Origin: Chloroflexota bacterium
GTDB taxonomy: Bacteria; Chloroflexota; Anaerolineae; JAADDB01
Assembly (NCBI GenBank): GCA_013154135.1
Contig: JAADDB010000282.1
Span: forward strand, 1 to 34,319
Direction: 5' to 3'
Length of the DNA: 34,319 nucleotides
The stretch's first letter is position 1; every line of letters begins with the position of its first letter. The notes under the pieces were generated by a model. It did not search any database and had not been told where the DNA came from. It was given only the letters and a program-made list of their open reading frames with translations. The translations under genes and the position numbers were made by a program. Positions 1-8,222 of this stretch are shown in pieces.

Positions 1-16
1 GGGTTCTTTGGGTATT

Positions 17-44
17 TTGTCGGATGGAGGGCGGGGAATATAAT
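17..44 (+). promoter_or_regulatory. candidate sigma70-type promoter upstream of the M23 peptidase/trmD pair
   Basis: -35-like TTGTCG (17-22), 16-nt spacer, perfect -10 TATAAT (39-44). Sequence-only prediction. Confidence 0.3.
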
Positions 45-118
45 GGGGTCCTGAGTTGCAATGACGTTCACTCTGCAGGAGTATGCCAGCACGGGCGACA
101 GTGCAGGTCTGCTAACAG

Positions 119-1345
119 GTGTCCGTGTCCATCGTCGATGGTCTGTCATCCATGAGCCAACATCTAAGCCGAACATCCTTCACCATTCCATCCTATCCGC
201 TGGGCTGGCAGGGCGGTCTTTTGCTCTTCCTCCTGGCCCTGAGCGTCTTTCTCGCCCCATCGTCTCCATGGTTATCTGAACTCATTCCCCCAAGCCCAAC
301 CCCAACCCCCACTCCCACGCCGACCCCTTCCCCCACGGCCACTCCGTCCCCCACCCCTAGCCCGTCCCCTACTTCAACACCAACGCCCACGCGCACGCCC
401 ACTTCCACCCCCACCTGGACACCCAGCAGAACTCCCACAGCCACCCCGTCGCCCACTTCCACAGCCACCCGGACCCCATTTCCCACCGTGACGGTTACCC
501 CTATGTCTTCCCGTGTCCCTGCCGTCACACCAACGCCCACGCCCTATTTGAGCGCTCACCGCTGGCCCACGCCCGCTCCCCATCCTCCTCTCCATTATTG
601 GTTGACCCGTCCTTTCCGGCCCCCAGCCCAGGTTTGGGCCAGTCCGTATTATCCCTACGGCAGCAACGGCGATGGGAGGTATCTGGTCCACCACGGGGCG
701 GATTTTCCCAATCCGGAGGGGACCCCGATTTTGGCCGGGGCGGAGGCAACGGTCGTCTTCGCGGGCCCGGACACGCGCGAGGTGTTGGGCCCTTGGGCCC
801 ACTTTTACGGCCGTGCCGTGGTCCTCCGGCTGACACGCCAATACCAGGGACGCCCCGTCTACGTGCTTTACGGTCACGTGCGAAGGACGTTTGTGCGCAA
901 GGGGGATCGCGTCCACCAGGGCCAGGTCATCGCGGAGGTGGGGCAGGAGGGGATTGCCATGGGCCCTCACTTGCACTTGGAGGTGCGGTTGGGGGAAAAT
1001 GATTACAACGCCACGGTGAATCCGGAGTTCTGGTTGACGTACATGCCCGGTCACGGCACCCTTATCGGCCGGTTGGTCACGCCGGATGGTCGGGCCTGGA
1101 TGGGGGCGAGGATTCTGCTGTACCGGGTGCAGAAAGGGCAACCGCGCTATTGGACGACCGTGCCCACGTATCTGGAGGCGCCGGGCATACAGCCCGATCC
1201 CCTGTGGGGGGAGAACTGGCTTCTCACCGACGTGCCCGAAGGGGAGTATGTGTTGGAAGTGGCCGGCGTCTCCCCGCCCCTGCGTCGCCGGGTCCACGTT
1301 CACGCGGGGGAAACGTTGTTTGTTGAATTTGTCGTACCCCGGTGA
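119..1345 (+). CDS. M23 (LytM-type) metallopeptidase with N-terminal membrane anchor, ~85-aa Pro/Thr linker and C-terminal carboxypeptidase-regulatory-like domain
   Basis: M23 zinc motifs HxxxD (HHGAD) and HxH (HLHLE). Hydrophobic segment [15 protein letters not shown]. Long PTPTPS tract. Start is ambiguous (GTG 119 or ATG 152) with no clear SD. Confidence 0.85.
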   Translation: MSVSIVDGLSSMSQHLSRTSFTIPSYPLGWQGGLLLFLLALSVFLAPSSPWLSELIPPSPTPTPTPTPTPSPTATPSPTPSPSPTSTPTPTRTPTSTPTWTPSRTPTATPSPTSTATRTPFPTVTVTPMSSRVPAVTPTPTPYLSAHRWPTPAPHPPLHYWLTRPFRPPAQVWASPYYPYGSNGDGRYLVHHGADFPNPEGTPILAGAEATVVFAGPDTREVLGPWAHFYGRAVVLRLTRQYQGRPVYVLYGHVRRTFVRKGDRVHQGQVIAEVGQEGIAMGPHLHLEVRLGENDYNATVNPEFWLTYMPGHGTLIGRLVTPDGRAWMGARILLYRVQKGQPRYWTTVPTYLEAPGIQPDPLWGENWLLTDVPEGEYVLEVAGVSPPLRRRVHVHAGETLFVEFVVPR

Positions 1346-1354
1346 GGAGGCACG

Positions 1355-2101
1355 ATGCACATCGACATTATCACGCTATTCCCTCACATGTTCCAAGGGC
1401 CCTTCGAGGAAGGGATTCTCCGGCGGGCCCGGGAAAAAGGGCTGTTGAGCATCGCGCTGCACGATTTGCGCGCCTTTGGTGTGGGGAAACACCGTCAGGT
1501 GGATGATGTGCCTTACGGCGGGGCCCCGGGGATGTTGCTCCGGCCTGAGCCCATTGTCGCCGCGGTGGAGAGTATTCTGGACAGGCCTGTGTTCCGCGGG
1601 GCGGATACCGCGGTGGAAGTGGAAACGCTGCCTCCCATCATCCTTTTGACCCCTCAGGGCCGACCGTTGACACAGGCGGTGGTGAAGGAGCTGGCCCGAC
1701 ACGACCGGCTTGTTCTCATTTGCGGGCGATACGAGGGGGTCGACGAACGGGTGCGGGAGTTTTTGGTGACGGATGAGATCTCCATTGGCGATTATGTGCT
1801 TTCGGGCGGGGAACTGGCCGCGATGGTCCTGGTGGATGCGGTGACTCGGGTGTTGCCGGGTGCGTTGGGGTATGAACGAGGGGCGGAGGAGGATTCCTTT
1901 GCCAGCGGGCTTCTGGAAGGGCCGCAGTACACCCGGCCTCCTGAGTTCCGGGGGCGACAGGTGCCGGATGTGCTCCTTTCCGGTCACCATGAGCGCATTG
2001 CGGCCTGGCGCCGGGACCAGGCCCTCAAGCGCACTCGCGAACGCCGCCCGGATTTGCTGGAAAAGCGCACATCTTCAGAAGACCCCTCTTCCGGGGAATG
2101 A
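1355..2101 (+). CDS. trmD: tRNA (guanine37-N1)-methyltransferase
   Basis: N-terminus [13 protein letters not shown], plus [11 protein letters not shown] and [10 protein letters not shown]...[12 protein letters not shown], all typical of TrmD. SD GAGGAGG lies 5 nt upstream and overlaps the TGA stop of the preceding gene. Confidence 0.97.
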   Translation: MHIDIITLFPHMFQGPFEEGILRRAREKGLLSIALHDLRAFGVGKHRQVDDVPYGGAPGMLLRPEPIVAAVESILDRPVFRGADTAVEVETLPPIILLTPQGRPLTQAVVKELARHDRLVLICGRYEGVDERVREFLVTDEISIGDYVLSGGELAAMVLVDAVTRVLPGALGYERGAEEDSFASGLLEGPQYTRPPEFRGRQVPDVLLSGHHERIAAWRRDQALKRTRERRPDLLEKRTSSEDPSSGE

Positions 2102-2205
2102 CCGCTCGGTAAATCCCCAAGCGGCGGGTTAATACGCCTGCCCGAAAAGGACTCAAGAGTCCGACGGAAGCCCCCCGGGGGCTCTGGTAGGACTCATAAC
2201 CAGAC

Positions 2206-2358
2206 GAGCATCGCCACAGCCGAGCCGAGATGGGCGCTCCCGCCCCTCTTACTCGTTACTTGTTATGCGTTAAGCTCTTCGTCCATCCCGGCCGACCTCC
2301 CCCTTCAGCCAACCCCCTTAATCGTTACTCATTAATCGTCAATCGTTTTGGTAATCGG
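2206..2358 (+). repeat. intergenic ~150-nt repeat element, copy 1 (two 7-nt-periodic TCGTTAC/TAATCGT blocks)
   Basis: About 90% identical by eye to 2488-2636 over the first ~120 nt (gagcatcgccacagcc...ctcttactcgttac...catcccggccgacctc...cccttaatcgt). Heptamer blocks at 2248-2274 and 2318-2358. Confidence 0.85.
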
Positions 2359-2408
2359 CCCTCACTCCACCCCTCGGGGGTTGGCGGGAAAAGCTCGCAG
2401 GCATTTCG

Positions 2409-2444
2409 CCCCTCCTCTCTCCCAATGCTGGGAGAGAGGAGGGG
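2409..2444. other. perfect 16-bp stem / 4-nt loop hairpin between the two tandem repeat copies
   Basis: cccctcctctctccca-atgc-tgggagagaggagggg. No flanking T-run on either strand. Confidence 0.8.
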
Positions 2445-2487
2445 GCCAAGGACGTTATGCGAGACACGGGTGGAAGTGCATGACCGG

Positions 2488-2636
2488 CCGAGCATCGCCA
2501 CAGCCGGGCCGAGATTGGCGCTCCCGCCCCTCTTACTCGTTACTCGTTATGCGTTAGACCTCACCCATCCCGGCCGACCTCGCCCTTCAGCCACCCCCCT
2601 TAATCGTCAATCGTTAATCGTTACTCCTTACTTCCC
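2488..2636 (+). repeat. intergenic ~150-nt repeat element, copy 2
   Basis: Starts 282 nt after copy 1. Heptamer blocks at 2531-2557 and 2600-2636. Ends 4 nt before the stop of the convergent beta-helix gene. Confidence 0.85.
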
Positions 2637-2640
2637 CCCC

Positions 2641-3816
2641 TCAATACACCACCGGCACATACCCGCGCTTCTGCAGCACGCCGGACGGGACATACTCGTA
2701 AGCCCCGATGTCGCACCTGCGCCGGCCATCGCCGTCCCCATCCCAGCGGCCCATGCCCCGCTGATCCGTGGGTGGACACACGGCGTCATCCCCCGCGTCG
2801 ATGGCCGGACTTCCCTGCCGCAGCGCGTGGGTCTCCCCCAGGCCCCCGTTGTGCGCGAGGGCCGCGAGTTGGGGGTCCGTGTTCGTCACATCCGTGCTGT
2901 GCGTCAACCCACACGTATTCCCCTTCTCCAGATTGTGGCCCTGGGACACCACACTCCCCGCCCCTCGACACTCGCCCAAAATCAACGTATTCCGCAGCGT
3001 AACCATCCCATCGACGTACAAATCGATCATGCGATGTGCCGGGGAAGACACCGTATTATTCGCCAGCGTCACATTCGTCAGGCGGAGCGTGCCATCGTTA
3101 TCGATGCCGCCCCCACCGTAGGTGGACGCGTTCCCGCTGATCGTCACATTGACCAGGTCCGCGGTGGTACCGCCCTGCACCCGAAGCGCGCCGGCCAGGC
3201 CACTGGTCAGCGCGCGGTTGCGGGCCAGCGTCACATTGCGTAAATACACCCTCCCCGACGCCCGGATGCCCCCGGTGGTGTACGACGCCACATTCTCCAC
3301 CACCGCGCTGTTCGTCATCGTCAGCACCCCACTGGAGGAAATCCCACCTTCCGATCCCTCATTGTGCTCAACAATCACATGGTCGAGCACCAGCGTCCCC
3401 CAGTTGACAATTCCCCCGGCCCAATCCGGCGAATCCGTCTTCCCGTTGCGGATGGTCATGTTCCGGAGGGTCACAAAGGCCTCGCTGAAAACGGTGAAGA
3501 CCGTGTGCTCCTTCTTGCCGTCGATAATCGTCCGGTTGGGGCCCGCGCCGATGAGCGTGACCCGATTACCGAGCACATTGGTCTCCCGGAAGACCCCCGG
3601 GCCGATGTGAATCGTCCCGACCGCGTCGGCTTTGTCATACGCGGCCCGGATGGTGCGGCACGCGGTCGCCCAGGATCGACAATCGTTCGTGTCCTTCCCC
3701 CACGTGGCCACATACCAGTCAGACCCCGTGCCCGCCACCGCGCGCGGGGCCATCATCATCCCCCACAGCAGTAGCAGAACAGCCACCCCTGCCACATACG
3801 TGATCACACGCCTCAT
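2641..3816 (-). CDS. secreted right-handed parallel beta-helix protein (choice-of-anchor-Q-like C-terminus)
   Basis: Signal peptide MRRVITYVAGVAVLLLLWGMMMAPRAVA. Repetitive N/G/T-rich beta-helix turns. C-terminal DQRG...CDIGAYEY motif. SD AAGGAGG lies 6 nt before ATG 3816, so the ORF-track start 3858 is probably an over-extension. Confidence 0.8.
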   Translation of the reverse strand: MRRVITYVAGVAVLLLLWGMMMAPRAVAGTGSDWYVATWGKDTNDCRSWATACRTIRAAYDKADAVGTIHIGPGVFRETNVLGNRVTLIGAGPNRTIIDGKKEHTVFTVFSEAFVTLRNMTIRNGKTDSPDWAGGIVNWGTLVLDHVIVEHNEGSEGGISSSGVLTMTNSAVVENVASYTTGGIRASGRVYLRNVTLARNRALTSGLAGALRVQGGTTADLVNVTISGNASTYGGGGIDNDGTLRLTNVTLANNTVSSPAHRMIDLYVDGMVTLRNTLILGECRGAGSVVSQGHNLEKGNTCGLTHSTDVTNTDPQLAALAHNGGLGETHALRQGSPAIDAGDDAVCPPTDQRGMGRWDGDGDGRRRCDIGAYEYVPSGVLQKRGYVPVVY

Positions 3817-3873
3817 GGCCCGCCTCCTTTCCCCGTTCTCGGTCCCATCACGATCCATCCGTCCCCCGCCCCC

Positions 3874-5763
3874 TCATCGCCCTACCGTCACAAACCCCAC
3901 ATACTGCCGGTAATTCCCCCGTTGGACCGGCGTGGGGCCCCACCAGTCCACGTACAGACTGCGATGATCCGTGGTCACCGGCCACATCTCCGCCAGATTC
4001 TGCAGGTTGATCACCCAGATGGTACGCCCCAGGCGGCCGGGGCCACGACGATCGAACGCGACGAACTTCCCATCCGGCGAGACAGCGGGGGATCGCACGG
4101 CCGCGCCGAGCGGGGCCAGTGCCGGGTCATCGTGCAGGTTCAGCGCGGTCAACTGGACACGACGGCCCGTCCCCAGGTCCAGGTAGAACAAGTCCTTCCC
4201 GTCGGAGTACACAATGCCCGACCCGTCCGGCATCCAATCGAAATCCTGGATGGAAAGCATCCCCCCCTGGACCACCGGAGTCCCCCGTCCCCCGCCCTCG
4301 CGCGTCCGGTACAGACCGGTAGGGGCCGTGTAGAGAATGGTGCCATCCCCCGTGGGCGACCACGCCCAGCGCACCACACCCGCCACATCCGTGTCGAAGG
4401 GGAAGTCCAGACGCCCCCGGTCATCGACCACGCCCGGCACCCCGTCGACCACAAACCCCACCCGTCGGCCGTCCGGCCGCCAGACCGGATATGACGCCTC
4501 GTACTTCTTGCACGAGGCATCGCCGTCGAACGTGATGGTGCCCACATCCACCGTCTGCCCCGCGCGCACATCCACCAGCGCGCCGGCATGGGACAGGCTG
4601 CCCGTGCAGTCCTTGTCCGGCACCCCATCCCCATTGCTGTCCACCCGTCCACTCCAGACAAAGGTGATGTACTGCCCCACGTTGGGCCCCAGGTCGGCCA
4701 CGTTGGGGAGCGTGAAGGACACCGAGTCCCCCCGCTGGCCGGGGTTCACGGATCCCAGGGGCTGGTCCGCGCCCTGGATGTAGATGATGAACGCGGTCAC
4801 CGGTCCGAAGTTGTTGTAGATGCGGCCGGTGACCGTGCCCTTGCCGTAACCGCCTGCCTGGATCTCCGCGCGACCGGGGGGATGGGTCAGGCGCCGCGTG
4901 CGACCGTCGCTCACCCGCACGCTGAAGATGTCCGACCGGAACCGGGAGTAGGGGAACTCGTGATTGCTCGCGAACGCGATGGCCTCGCCGTCCGGACGCC
5001 AGGCCAGGCCGAACACCGTCGACCCCGCGTCCGGCGCGGTCCACACCGGGCGCGGGGCCGACCCGTCCGGCCGGGCCACCACGATGCTCGTGTGCCCCCG
5101 GTCATCCACGTGACCGAAGGCCAGGCGGCCGGACATATCCGGGTACACCATTGTCCCGCTCAGCCTGAGGGAGACGTTGTCCACATACGCGGTGTATTCC
5201 AGGTTGGACTGGACCTGCAGGATGAGGTAGACGAAGGACCCACGGTCGCGCGCGGCCTGGAGTTTCCCCACCTCCGACGGGGTCAACGTGTGCTGGAACG
5301 TGCGCCAGCCCGTGTCCCCGGACACGTTGGACAGCACGGCCCACGCCATCAGCGGGGTGGTCTGCCGGCCGTCGAACTGGTAGAGGTGGACGCTGAAGGC
5401 CCCCACACTGCCGGGGTTGACCGTGCTCAGCCGGTAATCGAGGGACAGCCGTCCGCCGGTGATGCGGGTGGGCAGGTAGATCTGCTGCCACGCGTACTGG
5501 TTGCCCTGCCCACCCATCTGCACAATGGCCAGCACCGGGTCGGTGGCCGCGCCCACGTTCTGCGTCTCCAGCCAGCCGGACGTGCCCCCCGCGCCCCAGT
5601 CGTCGAACTTCACATCAAACGTCCCGTTGCGGACGAATTCCCGGTCGGTGAAGGCATCCTCAGGCATTGCCCGGGCCCTTGTCGTGGTCATCCCGAAGAA
5701 GAGCAGGACAAGAAGTCCCACCCCTGTGGTCAAACGCTTCCAGGGAATATGTGGCCCCCACAT
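3874..5763 (-). CDS. secreted protein: N-terminal CBM-like jelly-roll plus PD40/TolB-type beta-propeller
   Basis: Signal peptide WKRLTTGVGLLVLLFFGMTTTRARA. FVRNGTFD...YVDNVSLRL is CBM4/9-like. Repeated PD40-like motifs: RPDGEAIAFAS, WRPDGRRVGFV, WMPDGSGIVYS, SPDGKFVAF. SD AGGAGG lies 7 nt before ATG 5763. Confidence 0.8.
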   Translation of the reverse strand: MWGPHIPWKRLTTGVGLLVLLFFGMTTTRARAMPEDAFTDREFVRNGTFDVKFDDWGAGGTSGWLETQNVGAATDPVLAIVQMGGQGNQYAWQQIYLPTRITGGRLSLDYRLSTVNPGSVGAFSVHLYQFDGRQTTPLMAWAVLSNVSGDTGWRTFQHTLTPSEVGKLQAARDRGSFVYLILQVQSNLEYTAYVDNVSLRLSGTMVYPDMSGRLAFGHVDDRGHTSIVVARPDGSAPRPVWTAPDAGSTVFGLAWRPDGEAIAFASNHEFPYSRFRSDIFSVRVSDGRTRRLTHPPGRAEIQAGGYGKGTVTGRIYNNFGPVTAFIIYIQGADQPLGSVNPGQRGDSVSFTLPNVADLGPNVGQYITFVWSGRVDSNGDGVPDKDCTGSLSHAGALVDVRAGQTVDVGTITFDGDASCKKYEASYPVWRPDGRRVGFVVDGVPGVVDDRGRLDFPFDTDVAGVVRWAWSPTGDGTILYTAPTGLYRTREGGGRGTPVVQGGMLSIQDFDWMPDGSGIVYSDGKDLFYLDLGTGRRVQLTALNLHDDPALAPLGAAVRSPAVSPDGKFVAFDRRGPGRLGRTIWVINLQNLAEMWPVTTDHRSLYVDWWGPTPVQRGNYRQYVGFVTVGR

Positions 5764-5792
5764 GCTCATTCCTCCTGCCCCGGCGTTTTCGG

Positions 5793-8177
5793 CTACTTTT
5801 GCACCATCGGCACGTACTGCCGACGCGCGGGCTGCCACAAGGACACACGCAAGGTATAGGGATGGTTGGGATCATGGGCGCCCTGATAGCCCACCACCCG
5901 CAGTCGGTACGTACCGGCCACGGACGCGACATGGAGAACACGCTCGGACGCGGTGCCCGATTCCTGGGAAATCTCCACGAGGGTCCCCGACGGGTCGTAC
6001 AAGAACAGGTCGTAATCGTCGGGCAGGTCTGTCAGGAGGGCCTCGATGACCCGGTCGACGCCCACGTTGAAGGCGTACCAGTCCTCATCGTCGGCCGTGC
6101 AGATGTAGCCCTTGATGGGCACATCGAACCCGATGCTCGCGGCACTGGCGAAGTCGTCGTTGGGTTCGTACTGCGCGTCCGCGCAGGATCCCGGGGTCGG
6201 CCGGGGCGTGGGCGAAGGCGTGGGGGTGGGATTGGACGCCGCGCTCACGGTGATCTGGAGGGCATACCCGCTGCTGGGATGCCAGTCCGACGCGGATCCC
6301 CCCATGACCCGCAGTTGGTACTTGCCCGTTGTGCGGGCCTCGTGGGTGATGGACTCGTCCGTGGTGCCCCCCTGCTGGGAGGTGCCCACCAGGTGACCGT
6401 TGGGGTCGAAGAGGGCGATGTCGTAATCCGCGGGCAGTTGGCTGAGCGCGATGTCGATGGTCTCCCCCGCCGCGGCTGGGATGAGGAACCAGTCCACGTC
6501 CCGACTGGGGCAGATGTACGCGTCGTCCTCGGTCTGGAACCCACCGAACTGGCGGAAGTCGTTCTCCGTGTCATACGCCGTGCTCGCGGTGTCATTGGGC
6601 TCGTAGGCGTCGTGAGCACAGACTACAGGGAGGACCGCCAGAGTGTAGCCGAAGTTATCGCCCACCTCGGGGATGCCGGGCACGCCCGGACTTCCCTGGT
6701 CCCACCTCTCCCCAGCACTATGCTGTACGCCCCGCTGATCGCCGTAGTAGACGTACACCGCGCCGCGGTCATCCCGGTACATGGGGGCACCCACGGCCAG
6801 GTCGTCGTAGCCGTCGCCGTTGAAGTCGCCGCTGGTCAGCGCCTGGCCGAAGGCCAAATCCCGTTCGAGGCGGTGCACCAACTGGTCCTGGGGACCGTAC
6901 AACCGGTTGGCCGATCCCTGGAGGATGTAGACGATGCCGGCATCGGGGTAAGTGCCGAGCACGTTCTCCCCGGGCGTGCCGATGGCCAGGTCATCATAGC
7001 CATCGCGGTTGAAATCCCCGGTAGCCAGCGCGGCCCCAAAGGTGTTGTAGGCCGCGGCCCGTCCCCAAATGGCGGGCTTGTCCTGATCCCATATCTGGCT
7101 GTTCTCCGCGGTCAGGCCGTTACGCGACCCGTGGATGACTTGCACGGCCCCCGCGTCCTGCACGTTCCCCACGTCCTCATAGGGGATGCCGATGGCCAGG
7201 TCGTCGTAGGTATCGCTGTCAAAGTCGCCCACGGCCAGGGCCGCGCCGAAACTGTCCCCGGTTTCCGCGCCGCCGTCCATGTGAGGCTGGTCCTGGTGCC
7301 AGATTTGGGTCTGCGAGGCGTCAAGCCCCCGGTCGGAACCATAGATGACGACCACAGAACCCGCGGCCGGGTGTCCACCGGTGTCATCCCCCGGTACGCC
7401 GATGGCCAGGTCCGCGTAGCCGTCGTGGTCGAAGTCCCCCACGGCCAGGGCCGCGGCGAAGCGATGGCCGTGATAGTACCCGCTGGGATACCCGATGGAC
7501 GCGATGTCCCACCACTGGACGCGTCGGGTGTTCAGGCCCTGGGCCGATCCGTAGATGATCTCCACGCCCCCATCCTGTTTCGGTGGGTTGGTGGAAGTCA
7601 ATTCCGAGGGGTCACCGACGGCCAGGTCGTCATACCCGTCGTTGTCGAAGTCCCCCACGGCCAGGGCCGCGCCGTACTCCACGTTGTTGTCCGGGCGCAC
7701 GACCGGCGTGAGGATGGTGTCCTGATGCGCGGTGATGCCGACCGCGGCCCCGTAGAAGAGGTGCACGGATCCGGTGGTCCCATCGCCGGGCACGCCCACG
7801 GCCAGGTCGGGATACCCATCGCCGTTGAAGTCCCCGCTGACCACCGCGTCTCCGAAGTACGCGTCCTTTTGGGGTGACCCCTCCACGCCGGGCGCGCCCC
7901 GATCCCAGCCCTGGGCGTGGTTGCCCGTCAGGCCGCCGGGGGACCCGGGGATGATGTTGACCGCGCCCGCGTCCTGGATGTCCCGGATGTCCTCTTTGGG
8001 CACGCCCACGGCCAGGCTCTCGTACACGACGACCGGGGTGACCGCGTGGGAGCCGGATGTGTGTGGATTCAAACCGTCCCCCGCCCCCGCAGATGGAGCT
8101 CCCACCACGGTCACCAAAAGCCACAGGATGAAGATGCCTCGGATAAGACGCCTAACAGGCTGACGTTGTGTGTGCAT
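5793..8177 (-). CDS. secreted FG-GAP/VCBS repeat protein with two C-terminal pre-peptidase (PPC) domains
   Basis: Signal peptide. At least 6 FG-GAP repeats (GDFNGDGYPDLAVGVPG, GDFDNDGYDDLAVG, GDFDHDGYADLAIG and others). Two YEPND...D(V/E)DW(F/Y) PPC-type modules joined by a [13 protein letters not shown] linker. SD AAGGAGG lies 8 nt upstream. Confidence 0.88.
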   Translation of the reverse strand: MHTQRQPVRRLIRGIFILWLLVTVVGAPSAGAGDGLNPHTSGSHAVTPVVVYESLAVGVPKEDIRDIQDAGAVNIIPGSPGGLTGNHAQGWDRGAPGVEGSPQKDAYFGDAVVSGDFNGDGYPDLAVGVPGDGTTGSVHLFYGAAVGITAHQDTILTPVVRPDNNVEYGAALAVGDFDNDGYDDLAVGDPSELTSTNPPKQDGGVEIIYGSAQGLNTRRVQWWDIASIGYPSGYYHGHRFAAALAVGDFDHDGYADLAIGVPGDDTGGHPAAGSVVVIYGSDRGLDASQTQIWHQDQPHMDGGAETGDSFGAALAVGDFDSDTYDDLAIGIPYEDVGNVQDAGAVQVIHGSRNGLTAENSQIWDQDKPAIWGRAAAYNTFGAALATGDFNRDGYDDLAIGTPGENVLGTYPDAGIVYILQGSANRLYGPQDQLVHRLERDLAFGQALTSGDFNGDGYDDLAVGAPMYRDDRGAVYVYYGDQRGVQHSAGERWDQGSPGVPGIPEVGDNFGYTLAVLPVVCAHDAYEPNDTASTAYDTENDFRQFGGFQTEDDAYICPSRDVDWFLIPAAAGETIDIALSQLPADYDIALFDPNGHLVGTSQQGGTTDESITHEARTTGKYQLRVMGGSASDWHPSSGYALQITVSAASNPTPTPSPTPRPTPGSCADAQYEPNDDFASAASIGFDVPIKGYICTADDEDWYAFNVGVDRVIEALLTDLPDDYDLFLYDPSGTLVEISQESGTASERVLHVASVAGTYRLRVVGYQGAHDPNHPYTLRVSLWQPARRQYVPMVQK

Positions 8178-8222
8178 GTTCTCTGCCTCCTTATGGGTCC
8201 ACGGACTTCCGGCGGTGTTCGA

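Noticed and set aside
61-279. Small ORFs in otherwise non-coding DNA: 61-279, 2348-2557, 13552-13833, 13963-14184, 14012-14236 and 31344-31613.
   Set aside because: They lack an SD, have odd composition and overlap repeats, hairpins or promoter elements. The shared SYSLLVMR ends of two of them simply reflect translation of the repeat.
290-540. CCCAC/GCCCAC-rich low-complexity DNA as a non-coding repeat. Similar tracts occur at ~6190-6240, 24300-24360, 33310-33450 and 33605-33640.
   Set aside because: All lie in frame inside CDS and encode Pro/Thr/Ser linkers of exported proteins.
5667-7877. Very long plus-strand ORFs overlapping minus-strand genes: 5667-7877, 8610-10187, 4588-5859, 2230-3243, 11990-13504, 15435-16931, 19945-21528, 21591-22553, 22911-24044, 24285-25484, 27224-28558 and 29649-30797.
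   Set aside because: They are Arg/Gly/Pro/His-rich with no recognisable motifs. Each lies antisense to an ORF with clear domain signatures and SD sites. This is the typical open antisense frame of GC-rich DNA.
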